DNA from: Basidiobolus meristosporus CBS 931.73
Taxonomy: Eukaryota > Fungi > Basidiobolomycota
NCBI GenBank assembly: GCA_002104905.1
Contig: MCFE01000121.1
Coordinates: forward strand, 62,001-126,000
Reading direction: 5' to 3'
Length of the DNA stretch: 64,000 nucleotides
Below are positions 52,235 to 63,686 of this stretch, piece after piece (within the stretch, counting starts at the first letter, position 1; each line of letters opens with the position of its first letter). A program made the position numbers and the translations under genes. Below the pieces are notes generated by a model, which saw only the letters and a list, made by a program, of their open reading frames with translations, did no database searches and was not told the origin of the DNA.

Positions 52235-55200
52235 CTAATTGGTCAGTGAGCTAGGGAAGCCACTAAACTCCGCAACTTCTTCCACCTGGTGGCCATCGCC
52301 GGCTTGGAAGCTGATCTTCATTCTCAACCGAATTGGGGTCTTGGATGGACATGGGGTGGTATTTTGGTTACTTCGCTGCATCAATTTGAACGTGTGGACG
52401 TCTTCTTACCTGTTGTGGATTAGCTACTCTCATCAACTGCACAGCGGACTCTCCGACCGAGATAGCGGTCGACGAGGGTGGTTGCATTTGCAGCCGTTGG
52501 GTCTACATTGACAATTTTCCATTTGGTTATAAACCCGAGTTCAGGTGCGAGCCTTCTCCATCAAAATACCTTGGGCACAGCCACTTGGAAGGCTAGATCC
52601 TCGATAGCAAGCTCCTCGCTGGTGTTAACAAAGTTGATCTTGATGTTGATGATCTTGGGGTTCTGAGAATCTTTGGCAGCATCCATTTCGATGCGAAGCC
52701 CATTCTTGTTGTATGCGATACAGGTGTCTATCGAAGAGATCGGCTCGGGTTAGAAGCATGTTGGATGGGAACTCTTTTGGTCTCATACCATTATCCAATG
52801 AGGGCGAAATAGGGTTAGAAGCTGGGGCAGCAGGAGACCCGCTCAATCTCGGGCTTAGTGTGGATTGAACTCCGTTTGGATTGGCTGGGGATGAGGGTGT
52901 CTCACCGAGGAGATCGGCTAACCCATTTCCACTGGATGTGGATGCGGCGCCGTTAGGATTCGTAACAAGAGCAGGTGTAGATATGTTTGTGGACCCGAAG
53001 ATGTCTGCAAGTAAGTCCACTGTTTTCGGCAGATTGGAAGTAGGTGCTGGCGAAGTAGGTGCATTGTCACCGAGCAGGTCCAACAATAACTATCACAAAG
53101 GGAAGTTGCCCACGGTTAGCAGCATTTTGGGATTCTGAAGTTTCTTTGACTACTCACATCTCCCTCCTTGGGCTCCATGACGGCCCTCTTCTTGCTCTTG
53201 GACTTTTGGCGCTCAACTAAGCCATAAGCCGCGTGAATCTCTGGCTAGGTTCAATCAATTATATATGACCTCTTACCAGGACTGGGCTCTCTCTCCCGGA
53301 TCTCGGGGGCTGGCATCCGTTCGAAAACAGCGTTGCGGATTTCATCGTGTTTGAATAGGTTTTGATACTCAACAGCTCTCTGCTGTACCTCAGCCTCCAT
53401 GCTGGTGGAATACTTCCGAAGGTTGCTTTGAATCCGAGGGATCACACTAGGATCGTGGAAGCGGTCGGCCAACTTCATGAGAGAGGTGGTCATGTATTCT
53501 CTGAGGGTGCGGTTGGCATAGGGACTGTTCAGAAGAGTTTCGAACAAGTCGAGAATGTCCCCTTCGGTAACCTGTGATAACGTAGCATCAAACGATCAAT
53601 AATGAAGACTCTACAAGCCGAAAGTAATTTACGTACTCTCAGCGCCTCTTCACCGTTTTCAGGCTCCTGATGTTGCACCAACACATCCCCAAACTCGCCG
53701 ATACACCATACACCAGCGAGTACTAGTCCCTCCTAGAGAAACAAACAGCATTGTAAGGCACAAGCCGGAAGCAAGAGCATTTAACAACGTACCTGTGAGA
53801 TGTCTGACTTCAATTCCACGAATAGTTTCTTGACGGTGTATGGCTGCAGCTCCGGTGTACGGCATACAAGCCCAATGAAGCTCGACACGATTTCCTCTCC
53901 TACATAATTACCGGCCTATAGAAGCGTCAATACAAATTGATGGCAACTGTATGCGCGGGAGCATCCATACCAATTTCAATACGCGCAACAAGGTGTCAAT
54001 ATGCCAGCGCTGGTTCGGGGCGTAGCTAGAAAGTAGCAGGACTAAGTCGCAAGAATATCAAGCAAGATTTCTCCACTAAATGTATACCGATCAGCAGAGA
54101 TACGGATCTTGGAGGCCAAGCTTTGCTTGAACTCGGTCTCAGCAACTTCCAAGAAGGAAAGCAGCTCCCGGATCATCACACGTACATTCGAGTCGTTAAT
54201 CAAGGCGAACGAGAGCTCCAATGCCCGTCGACGAATAGAGATATCAGGATCCCGAAGACATTTCACCACCGTCTCGCGATGCCGCTGAATGGCATTCATG
54301 TCCATGATGGCAGTTTTGTTCAATGTATTCAGCGCAACGTAACGGATGTTGTTGTCCCGGTTGGTGAGGAAACGCCCTAGAATGTTGATGGCAAGCACAC
54401 GTAAACTACTATCCGAATCGGTCTCCATGATGGTGAGAACGGTTTCATAGAGGATGGAATTGCCGACGTTTTTGGCCGAATCCGTGCTAGTGGCCACTTG
54501 TGTCAAGATATCATTCATGGACTCCACAGCATCCGGGTTGTCTTCGCCCAAGATTCGCAGTAACCTAAGGATCTTCACCTGGAGGAAAGGATCCGTAAGA
54601 CCACCAACATCGTGTTCAGGGGAGAATCCAGATGTCGCCAGCGTACGCAGGCGACTGACCAGCGTAGGAACAATCTAAAGAGAGAGACATTAGGATACCA
54701 GGCGAAACACAGGCTGTAGTTCATGGGCACATACACTGCTCAACGAGGAGACGTTTTCGGGGTTTTGGGTACACAGCTCGATCATGAGGGTGATTCCAGT
54801 GAGCATGACTCCGTGATTTTTATCAGCGATGAGAGACTTCGCCCTTAACACAAATGTTTCCTCCAGCTCTGGGGCTTTTCTGATAAGACGAATCGCACAC
54901 AAGGCCGCCTGGTGGAAACTTCTAATCAGCACAACCCCACCAACCCCATAACATACTCCATCCACCAACCTTTCTGCGTAAGTAAGCATTAGGATTTTCC
55001 ATGAGTCTTTCCACCTCGTCAACCAAGTCTTTGGCCACGTCTTCGGATGCAATATTTCCTAGCGTACACAGAGCGAGACCAACGATGTGCATGTTGCTGT
55101 GGTTCAAATCACTATTACGAATGAAGCATAACAACTAAATCGAGCTATGATGATAACCAACGCAAAGACTCGCAACAACCATAAGGATACTTCTTCAAGG

Positions 55201-55571
55201 AGTTAGTGAGCAGTGTTAAGACCTCCTGATTCTCATCTAACAAAAGCATGGTTCCAAGATATCCGAGACGCTTATCGCCGAAATGAGGGGAAGCGACCAA
55301 TTTCAGGCAATCAATCTGGCCAAAATGGGCCGGGTAGCCTAGCATGTGGATGTAAAGTAACTTGGAAACATTGTGGTATCTCGTTTCACTGTTCTCCTCA
55401 CGGAATGCGGTACGAATGGCGGCGGATTCTTTTTGAATGACCGCTCTTTCGTCGGCGGCGGTTTTGGTGCGACGAATAGCTCGAATGAGATCTACAACCA
55501 GATGAATGTTATTGAGAGGCGAGGCCCAGTGCAGGGTTCGGGAGCCTACCTTTCAAACGAAAATAGACCAT
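52235..55571 (-). CDS. APL4/AP1G1: AP-1 complex gamma-adaptin, multi-exon
   Basis: [74 protein letters not shown], hinge LLDLL, ear domain [16 protein letters not shown], and [10 protein letters not shown]-stop. Confidence 0.96.
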
Positions 55572-56160
55572 TTTAAAGGAGTTCTTTAGGCCGGAAGTGA
55601 AATGGTACCTATAACACCTGCGTCTTAGATGTGCTTTCCGCTCGGTTGCCTGTTTTGAGTAGAAAGCAAGAAAACGGAAAGTTGTCTATTTTCCTTGATA
55701 GCATTAATCCAATGATAAGTTATTTGTGATGTAATGCCAGCCTGTGGGATGGAGCGATCGTGGATATGTGTGAGCTAAATAGAATTCGTTGGTTTATTCA
55801 AGGATTTGTTGTCTAAACCGCCCCATTAAATCATGTGATGTGTATGCGAACGGAGCAAATGAAAATCCAATCTAAATAATTAAAGAGCTGAACGTATGCA
55901 TCAACCCTGGGCAAAAAGTCAAGGGAAGGGAGGGGAAGAGATTAAAGCAAAGGGAATATAAGTTATGGATAGCGACGACAGAGAATAGATTGCTAAGCCA
56001 AACGGGAAAGCATTAAGGAGAATAGTGGCGGCATTAATGAAGCCTCTTGTACTGATCAGCGGTGGAGAATAAGAACCTCTCCATGGGCAATCCGGGATTT
56101 TGTTGGTGCATCAAGGATTGTGGGAACTCTAACGCTGGTGCGCGGTGCGCGGTGCTGGCT

Positions 56161-57226
56161 TTATAAAATCAGGCATTTGCTCTTTTTCTTCTTATCTCTT
56201 CCGGCGATGCTGTTTGCTCTGCGATCCCCTTCTTTGGAGGTGCGGATCATACGGACAACAGAGTAAAACGCCTTCTCAACGTTCACTGCCGTTTTGGCAG
56301 AGCTTTCGATGAATTCACAGCCCAGGCGCCTGGCCAATCCAAGCCCCTCCTCCTTGGACACCTCTCGCTCGTTGGTTTTGTCGCATTTGTTGCCAACCAG
56401 CATCATTGGGACCTGCTCAGTGTCCTTGACTCGGATAATTTGATCTCTGAAACGTTCAATCCGCTCGAATGTGGACCGCGAAGCGATGGAATATACCAGC
56501 AAAAAGCCCTCGCCATCTCTGAAGATTATAGGATACCAGTTAGATGTGCAACGATGCTCCGCTGGAGAGAAGGGGGAAATTGGCATAATATGATGCTGAA
56601 TCGAAGTACAAACCTAATCCACTGGTCACGGAGAGCGGTGTATTCCTCTAAATATCAGAAAATTCATCGTTAGGGCCACGACAACAGAGTCGTAACATAT
56701 CAGCCAAGCTCGATCCTGACCTTGGCCAGCTGTATCCAAAACCTCCAACATGCAAGAATGGTCATCAATTACTGCCTGTTTGCGGTAGGAGTCTTCGATG
56801 GTGGGGTCATAGGTCTATTTTTTGGGTCTGGGTATTAGCGAACGGCTACTGGAATGGGAGGGATGCTGTATTAGGATCGTGCTTTGAACGGCACCGCTTA
56901 CTGACCTCTAGATAACAAGTCAAGTGTTAATTTCATCCTTTACATTATAGAGGTTGCTTTGTCTTACCGACGAAATGGTTCAGACAGAGCTGGCAATAAG
57001 TTCCCAAAGATTAATACATTTCCCTGGCATTAGCCGTACGTATATATGTGGCTTACTTGAATAGTCAATGCGGTCTACCAGTCACATATGAAGTAAGGCG
57101 GATAAATTCCATTTGAAGCCATTTAGTTTCCATTACTATCCCATGGGTGGGATGACAAGTACGCAAAAAAGAAAATACCTTGCCTACACCTCCATCACCT
57201 AAAACTACAATTTTATACAATATCAT
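56161..57226 (-). CDS. RAS: Ras GTPase (fungal Ras2-like), 7 exons including a 2-nt micro-exon, 191 aa
   Basis: Exons 57226-57179, 57074-57057, 56989-56968, 56907-56906, 56814-56721, 56647-56614, 56518-56161 total 576 nt. [58 protein letters not shown], and [10 protein letters not shown] CaaX. Confidence 0.96.
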
Positions 57227-57695
57227 CTTGTAATAGATAGGCGCAAGGAAAGGAAGGGACGGAGAGAGGAGGGGAGGGAAGATGAGAAGGGTAGGAGTCG
57301 GGGTGCTTACTAGGCTTCTATGCGAGGAGAGATGAGCTAAGCCAGCAGGATTAAATTAACAAGCCACAATGGTCAATAGGCAGAAGACAGAAGAGGAATA
57401 AAGGCCGAGAGAATAGGGAGTGTGAGAGTAAAGAAGGGGGAGGGGCAACTCACGATGGTGCTACTACCCAGTGGAGTGAAAAAACCACACAAATTAATAA
57501 TGGTGGGGAGAAGTGAGGGGAGGCTGGAATGGAATCAACAGGTGAGGGTTAGGGTTAGGGTTAGTGTGGTTAGGTGGAATCAATGTGAAGGGAGGCTGGA
57601 ACGGGAATGGGATGGGATCAGCAGGATGAATAAGGTTTGAGAGTAAATTGGCCCTCGCCGCCTGACCCTGCGATGGATATGATGAAGGACGTTCA

Positions 57696-57718
57696 GGGCA
57701 GGGCAGGGCAGCGCAGGG
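57696..57718 (+). repeat. (CAGGG)n repeat matching a G-quadruplex motif upstream of RAS; (GGGTTA)3 at 57546-57563
   Basis: GGG-CA-GGG-CA-GGG-CAGCGCA-GGG. Confidence 0.55.
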
Positions 57719-58230
57719 CAGCGGAGTGGGCTGTTCAGTAAGAGAACCAGTGCAACCTCAGATAACAAAGTGTGACATCATGATGATATCAAGGCTGAAT
57801 GGTGTCTCCATAATATATGTAGGTAACCGAACGGTAGGTTGGCATACAATCATGTGGAAGCGGGCCATATGCCAGCGTCTTGCCTCTTGAAGGCTTTGCC
57901 GTAACCAGCACTGTAACTAACTCGTTTTGGGGAGATGAGACTGGCACTTAGCAAATATGGCCCCGAGCCTTCGTTAAGGAGAGAACGGGGATTGGTTTGT
58001 GGGAGGGCATCCACATAAATTTTCCATGATGAAGGGGTTCCCAGGGAAAACCAATCGGATGAACTCGATAAATCGAAAAAAATGTTCGCCTTGTTGAAAT
58101 CCCTGCAAATACCTTTTCCATCGTTTCTGATTTTTCGGATTCCTCAGCTATAAACGCTAGATATTAAATTCATCCGTAACAGCCATACCCACTCTTCAGT
58201 TGCGATTGAATGTTCAACAGTTAAACCCAA

Positions 58231-59415
58231 ATGAATTCTCATGTGCAAACAACCTCCGCTGCTAACGAGCTGGAATCGAGTAGCAGCTCTGCGGAGCCTA
58301 CAGACAGTAGCCTCATTGACAACTTCATGTTCGGTTTGGCAAGCCCAGCCAGTACTTTGGCTCAAGTGCAGCAGCTGGCTGTTGCATCCGCCTCGAATAG
58401 TTTGAAACGCAAGCCTGATTTAACTCACAGCTTCCTAAACTCTCTGTCCACCAAGCAATCCCGCAAGGATACTGGTTCTCCCACCAGCCCCACCAGCTTC
58501 CGCTTCGTACCCCAAGAGGAATTTGTTCAAGTACGCCTACAAATATCTTTCCCAGCTGCAACGTCGCTTACGTTTCATTTTCGCGATTTAGCTCCCCATA
58601 GATCAGAAGCTCAATGCAATCTACGCCGCATTACGCGATATGAGCCAGACCAAAGTCGTAACCGTCCAAAGCACACAACCCTCTAACCCCTCGATTAACC
58701 TGGAATTCCACCCCAGAAAGGTAAGCTTTCCGGCTTAGTCGCAACTGGGGAGCCCGTTCTCACCTCGAACTTGTTTTGCAGAATGATTTCACCAAATGGA
58801 TCAAGATATGGTTCTCTCGTTTAAAAACGCCAGTTTATCTGAAAAGCGAGGCGTCCATCAAGGTGTGTTGGATGCATATGTTTGTTGACTTGTAGTATAC
58901 GCAGAGCAATGGTGCTCATATTTGCATCGCAACTGTAGAGGGAGATACTTCAATCGGGGATCTTTTCTGGTCAGGAACTAGCACCAACCAACAACACCCG
59001 CTTTCAGAAAGAGCTGGTCACCCACTTCCAGTTGAAACTGAACGAGAACCGCGGCAACGCTAGGAAGAAGGTCCTTGGCTTGAAAGAGTACAAGAAATAT
59101 CTGAAATTGCACTACCAAGGCGCTTGCGGAGTTCATATTCTCCGATGTGCCCATTACCGAGGAGCAGCTGAGAAAAGCCGCGTTGATGGTAAGTTGGACT
59201 GGGACAGGATGTCATCGACCGTAACTAACACAGGCTATTAGCGTCAGATTGCCATCAAGCACGGGTACATGACGGATCCAACCAAGGACGAGAATTTCTG
59301 GACCACTTTTCACGAAATCCACACTAGCATCTGCAGCTCCGACAAGGCCAGCGACATTTTTGAAACGATATTAATTGAAGACCAAAGTCAGTTCAGTGGC
59401 CTGGACAAACCATAG
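58231..59415 (+). CDS. Hypothetical multi-exon protein (~290 aa), not recognised
   Basis: GT-AG joins give MNSHVQ..EEFVQ/LPIDQKLNAIYAALRD..PRK/NDFTKWIKIWF..SIK/REILQSG..ARKK/ALAEFIF..ALM/RQIAIKHGY..DKP-stop. One intron has a weak GTCCTT donor. Confidence 0.55.
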
Positions 59416-59660
59416 ACACTTCCAATAGACTTCACTGCCACACAAACCCATCGAGGCTTTTGCTGCTATTCTGTGTATAATCTGTAATATTTTAATGCGT
59501 GGCTCCGTTTGATTAAATCACTTTAACCATACGATGCAGTGTTGCTCGTGAAGCAGAATAGTTACCAAACGCAGTATATTGCTCCATGCAGTGCTACCTC
59601 ATGGTGACCCCAACTGTTTATTCAAGATAAAAACATGTACAAATCTCTATGGTTGATATA

Positions 59661-60609
59661 TTAACGCCGGCGATAACTTTTCCTAATATTATTATCGTTG
59701 TTTTCATCAGCAAGTTCGGCTGATCGCTTTTTCTTCTTGACATCCTCTTCGTCGGGTGGGGGGAAGCTGAACACATACGTTCTGGGGTTCTTGCTGGTGA
59801 TCTCCTCGTTGTCGCCCACGGAGAGGCCCTCTTTGAATCCCAGCGTGCGGCGATGCTCATAGCCCGGATATTTCTCCGGCAAGAAGGGGAAGCTGGTCTT
59901 TGTGATTAGGCGGCTTGATTTGGCCAGCTCCTTGAGATTCCATAGATCGTACGGCTTTCCTGTCTTTAGCGCCACATGAATTTCTCCATCGACTGGGTCT
60001 CCGCTTTGACGCGAAGTCAGGTATCCAACGGCGGAGGCAAAGAAATCGCGCATCAAAACCTGGTTGACTCGGATGTTTCGATCCTGGTCCTTAATGCCCG
60101 CACCTAGAGTAACCGTCTTAGAAGCCAATCCAACATTCTCTCTAGAGATAAGCCATGGAAAGAGGCCACTTACCAGCGTGAGGGAAATTGAATACGATTC
60201 TTGTGAACCTCTTGCCTTTGATTTCCTTCAATTTATCCAACTTGGTCCCATCCACCTCGAACAGAACAACCCCCCCTGCCTCCTTGAACTCTGCCATCAA
60301 CTTTTCAGCATCGTCGTATTTGGTCTTCAAGACCTCCTCCGAATCCAAGCATGTCGCAATGATGCTGCTGCCAGTACCAAGAAGATTCCCAAGAGCACGG
60401 GCGAAGCTGAAATTTCCCTCACCAATCAGTAGGATAGTGTCCTCAATCGAGAACGGGAATGGCACAGCTTGTATGTTGACGCTTTTCTTGGGCTTCTCTT
60501 TTCTCTTGCTCTCCAGGTTCTCATGTTTGAGCAACTTGTCGGTCTGGGCCTTTTTGTCGATGAATCTGCCCAAGGCAGCCTTGAGTTTCTTTTTCGCCGG
60601 CTTAGGCAT
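59661..60609 (-). CDS. BMT5: 25S rRNA (uridine-N3)-methyltransferase Bmt5 (DUF2431), 2 exons, 292 aa
   Basis: Exons 60609-60174 and 60103-59661. ILLIGEGNFSFARAL, ATCLDSEE, VDGTKL, IVFNFPHAG, YDLWNLKELA, YPGYEHRRTLG. Confidence 0.9.
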
Positions 60610-60906
60610 ACGTGAAATTGAGAAGACTGTGTGTGGCCAAGGAATCTGGATGTGTTTTCAATTTCCAATTTTTTCTTTTTCGAGGATTTTTTTCAGGATT
60701 CAGAATCGATGTTGCCTTCATGTTGATTGATTTGCCATATGAATTACCCAAGTTTATTGTTGGCCGATTCATTTAGCGTGTCAACATTGTTACTGCCCGA
60801 TGGATCCATTTACCATGTCAACACTGCTACTGCCAGATGGATAAGAAAAGGAAAGATCTGTGTGACTGTCAACGTCACAAAATACATAGCCCTTCAGCCT
60901 ACCTTT

Positions 60907-61326
60907 CTACAAGCCCGTCTCAAGTCCATCATCCCATTGACCTTCCTCACTCCCACCGTTATCCTGATCCTCATCGTGATCGCACTCTCCATCATCAGAG
61001 CTGTCATCAGCATCTGAGCCGCTGTCGCCCTCGCTATCTTCGCCATCATCCTCACTATCCGCATCATCTTCACTGTCCTCACTACCCGCATCATCTTCAC
61101 TGTCCTGACTATCCTCACTATCATCCTCACTATCCTTACCACCATCTTCACTATGGTTGTGATAGCCATCATCCTCACATCCTCCAAGGTCACATTCATG
61201 CCTTGCCAACCCAGTGGATATCTTGGACACGCTCAAGTCAACTGATCGGTCTGAATAGGGAAGCGCATGATTGACGGAAAGTAAGCTTAATAAGCCCAAC
61301 GCCAGTGGAAGTTTCGAATGCATCAC
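60907..61326 (-). CDS. Small secreted Asp/Glu/Ser-rich protein, paralog of 48074-49570; possibly truncated by TAG
   Basis: Signal peptide MMHSKLPLALGLLSLLSVNHA-LP; TATA-like motif ~35 nt upstream; CDLGGCEDD...C...QWDDGLETGL. The frame stays open 39 codons past the TAG, to 60790. Confidence 0.75.
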   Translation of the reverse strand: MMHSKLPLALGLLSLLSVNHALPYSDRSVDLSVSKISTGLARHECDLGGCEDDGYHNHSEDGGKDSEDDSEDSQDSEDDAGSEDSEDDADSEDDGEDSEGDSGSDADDSSDDGECDHDEDQDNGGSEEGQWDDGLETGL

Positions 61327-62126
61327 TGCAGGCGGTGGACGAAAAAAGGCAAGCGTGGGCTATAAATAAAGCATATCTGCACTCCAAACGATGTTACAGA
61401 TCGGGTTAATTGGGGGGGGGGGTTAGTTAAGACAGAGTGATTAAGTGGTGGCACATGCGACTAACATTGACTCAATATGAGATTCCAAGATAATGCGCAG
61501 CTTCGGATTCATTGGCGACACAAATATTGGGCGAGGTATTAAGCACTATCGCGACTCCATCTGCCTGCAGTTTGTTGGTACCCAAGCTCGACCCAAGCAG
61601 ACCGTGATCTAGATGGGTGTTTACATTGGAGTGAAACCAAGCGATAGCAACTGAAACATCGACCTTAACGAGTAGCAAGCGAAATTCGTATGTGAAGATC
61701 GTTGAGCCAAGCAGGATTGTGGAGGAAGGGGAACGAAAATTTTTCGTATCTGTTCGAGATAAGGGTTTGTTACATTACAATCGAATGTGCAGCGAATTTT
61801 CCTAAACGATGGATTATTTACTCACTTATTTGCTCACTGCTTCCCTATTATCTGACTCACAGCCAATCGGGGATGCGATGGGAGCGAGCATGTCGGCTAA
61901 AACTGATGAATAATAAATGAATCGCCTGGTATTATATGGTTTCTACTCCGTTGCTCTCCTCTTAGCATGTGGGGCGAGGGAGAGGGAGAGGGCGAGTGAG
62001 AGGGCTCAGGAGATGCTCCGTCCACCTATATAAATGGCCGATCCCACGAGTTCTGTATTTGGTTATTTTATTGACTTTCTCGCGAAACACCAAACGACCA
62101 TTGACAACCACCACTCTTCCACTCCT

Positions 62127-63378
62127 ATGATGATGTGTGATTCAATTACGAAAAAGGACTCCATCGCTATCACGCCAACCAAACTGTCCTGTGAGTGTGA
62201 GCACCTGGAACCATTATCTACCGTCAACGACAAGTACCTCGTCGACAGATCCTCTCGCAAGGACTCGGTATGTGCTTGATAGAACCCCGCCTCATCCCCC
62301 TCTCTTCCCCATTCCTCTCCACGCTCCCCTTCCCTCGGATGTTCTGGGTGTTGTCGATCCGTATATAACCTTTGTTTGTTTTCTTGAACCATCTCAGAGT
62401 GAGCTCTCGATCATTGAATTCGGTATTCGACTGTCCGATCTTGCCCCGATCGTATTCAAGACCATCCCAGAAAGGGAGCTGGCTGAGCGCGAGGTCTCTG
62501 TGATCAACGCGACTGGCTACCATCCAAACATCCTTCAGCTGGAGGAGAAGCTCATGGATGATGAAGGCAGGACTGTCCTGGTCATGCCTCTGCTGAAAAA
62601 GATCGACATGCTCAACAAGGACCTCAGCGGAGTAGCGGTCATGATTCGAGACCTGATGAAGGTAGGCGCTTGTATGGTTCGGTGACAACGCGACGAGGTT
62701 GGCTCACCATGGGTCTCTTTCAGGCATTGGCCCATCTGCACTCGAAGGGGATTGCCCACTTGGACATTAATCCCAACAATATCATGTGCAACGACGACAA
62801 CCACCTGGTGCTGATTGACTTTGGGCTGTCGAAGCATTGCTCAGAGGAGCCTATTTCGCCATGCGGTACTCCAGGTAGCCTGCAATTGCATTGAGCACTG
62901 GGGTTCGAGATTTAACCCAATACTGTTGGATCTAGGTTACATTGCGCCTGAGGTATACACCGGCAATGCTGTTGGGACTTGTGTAGACATATACAGCGCT
63001 GGAATCATCCTTGGCTCTCTGTTGGAGCCTTATGTCCCAGACTGCTACCTCAATTACCTTGGGTGTCGTTGCGAAATGGATACCCACTCACTCTCCACAC
63101 TGATCAATTCGCTAGAGGCGTTTGATCAGGAGCGGTGCTACAATATCCGGCCAGCCATTGTCTACGAAGCAGTCAATCTACTGCAAAGAATGCTGAATCC
63201 AAATCCAAATCTACGGATCTCGGCGGCAGACGCACTCAATCACCCGTTCCTTACCGCATCCCCAGCTGATTTCCAAGGCACTGATATCAACACCTACACC
63301 TCAACCCTGCAATTGATTAGATATCACCGATCCCTCTCGGCGTCACCCGCCAGCTCCTACGAATACGAATACTACTAA
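62127..63378 (+). CDS. Atypical Ser/Thr protein kinase, 4 exons
   Basis: Exons 62127-62267, 62398-62661, 62724-62874, 62936-63378 keep the frame. IVFK, EREV, HPNI, HLDINPNN, IDFG, GTPGYIAPE, DIYSAGIILGSL, RISAADALNHPF. The start at 62127 is preferred because TATATAA (62027-62033) abuts the ATG at 62034. Confidence 0.88.
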
Positions 63379-63686
63379 GCAGCCCCCAAACCCTTTCTAC
63401 CATAGCTTGTACCTACTAATCGCGGCTGAATCTGTATATTGACCACTACACCAACTACTACTTCATTTGTATATAAACTATTCTGATTAGAGCACGAGGC
63501 CGAGGTGATCGAAAATATAGATGTTTAAATGGTGAAATGCACGTTGAATACGGAGCCAGAATTGCTCGAGATTGCTTATTCGTTAAATTAAAATTTGCTC
63601 GCGGGTGTTTCTGTATTACGTGGATATATTTGTTTCCCGAATTGTATACATATAGGTGTCGATTTCGCAGCGTCAACTGGTGTACC

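Noticed and set aside
57546-57563. Telomere or chromosome-fusion scar
   Set aside because: There are only three TTAGGG-type units in a gene-dense promoter region.
62034-62126. ATG at 62034 as the kinase start
   Set aside because: It immediately follows TATATAA, so it probably lies upstream of the transcription start. The in-frame ATG at 62127 is preferred.
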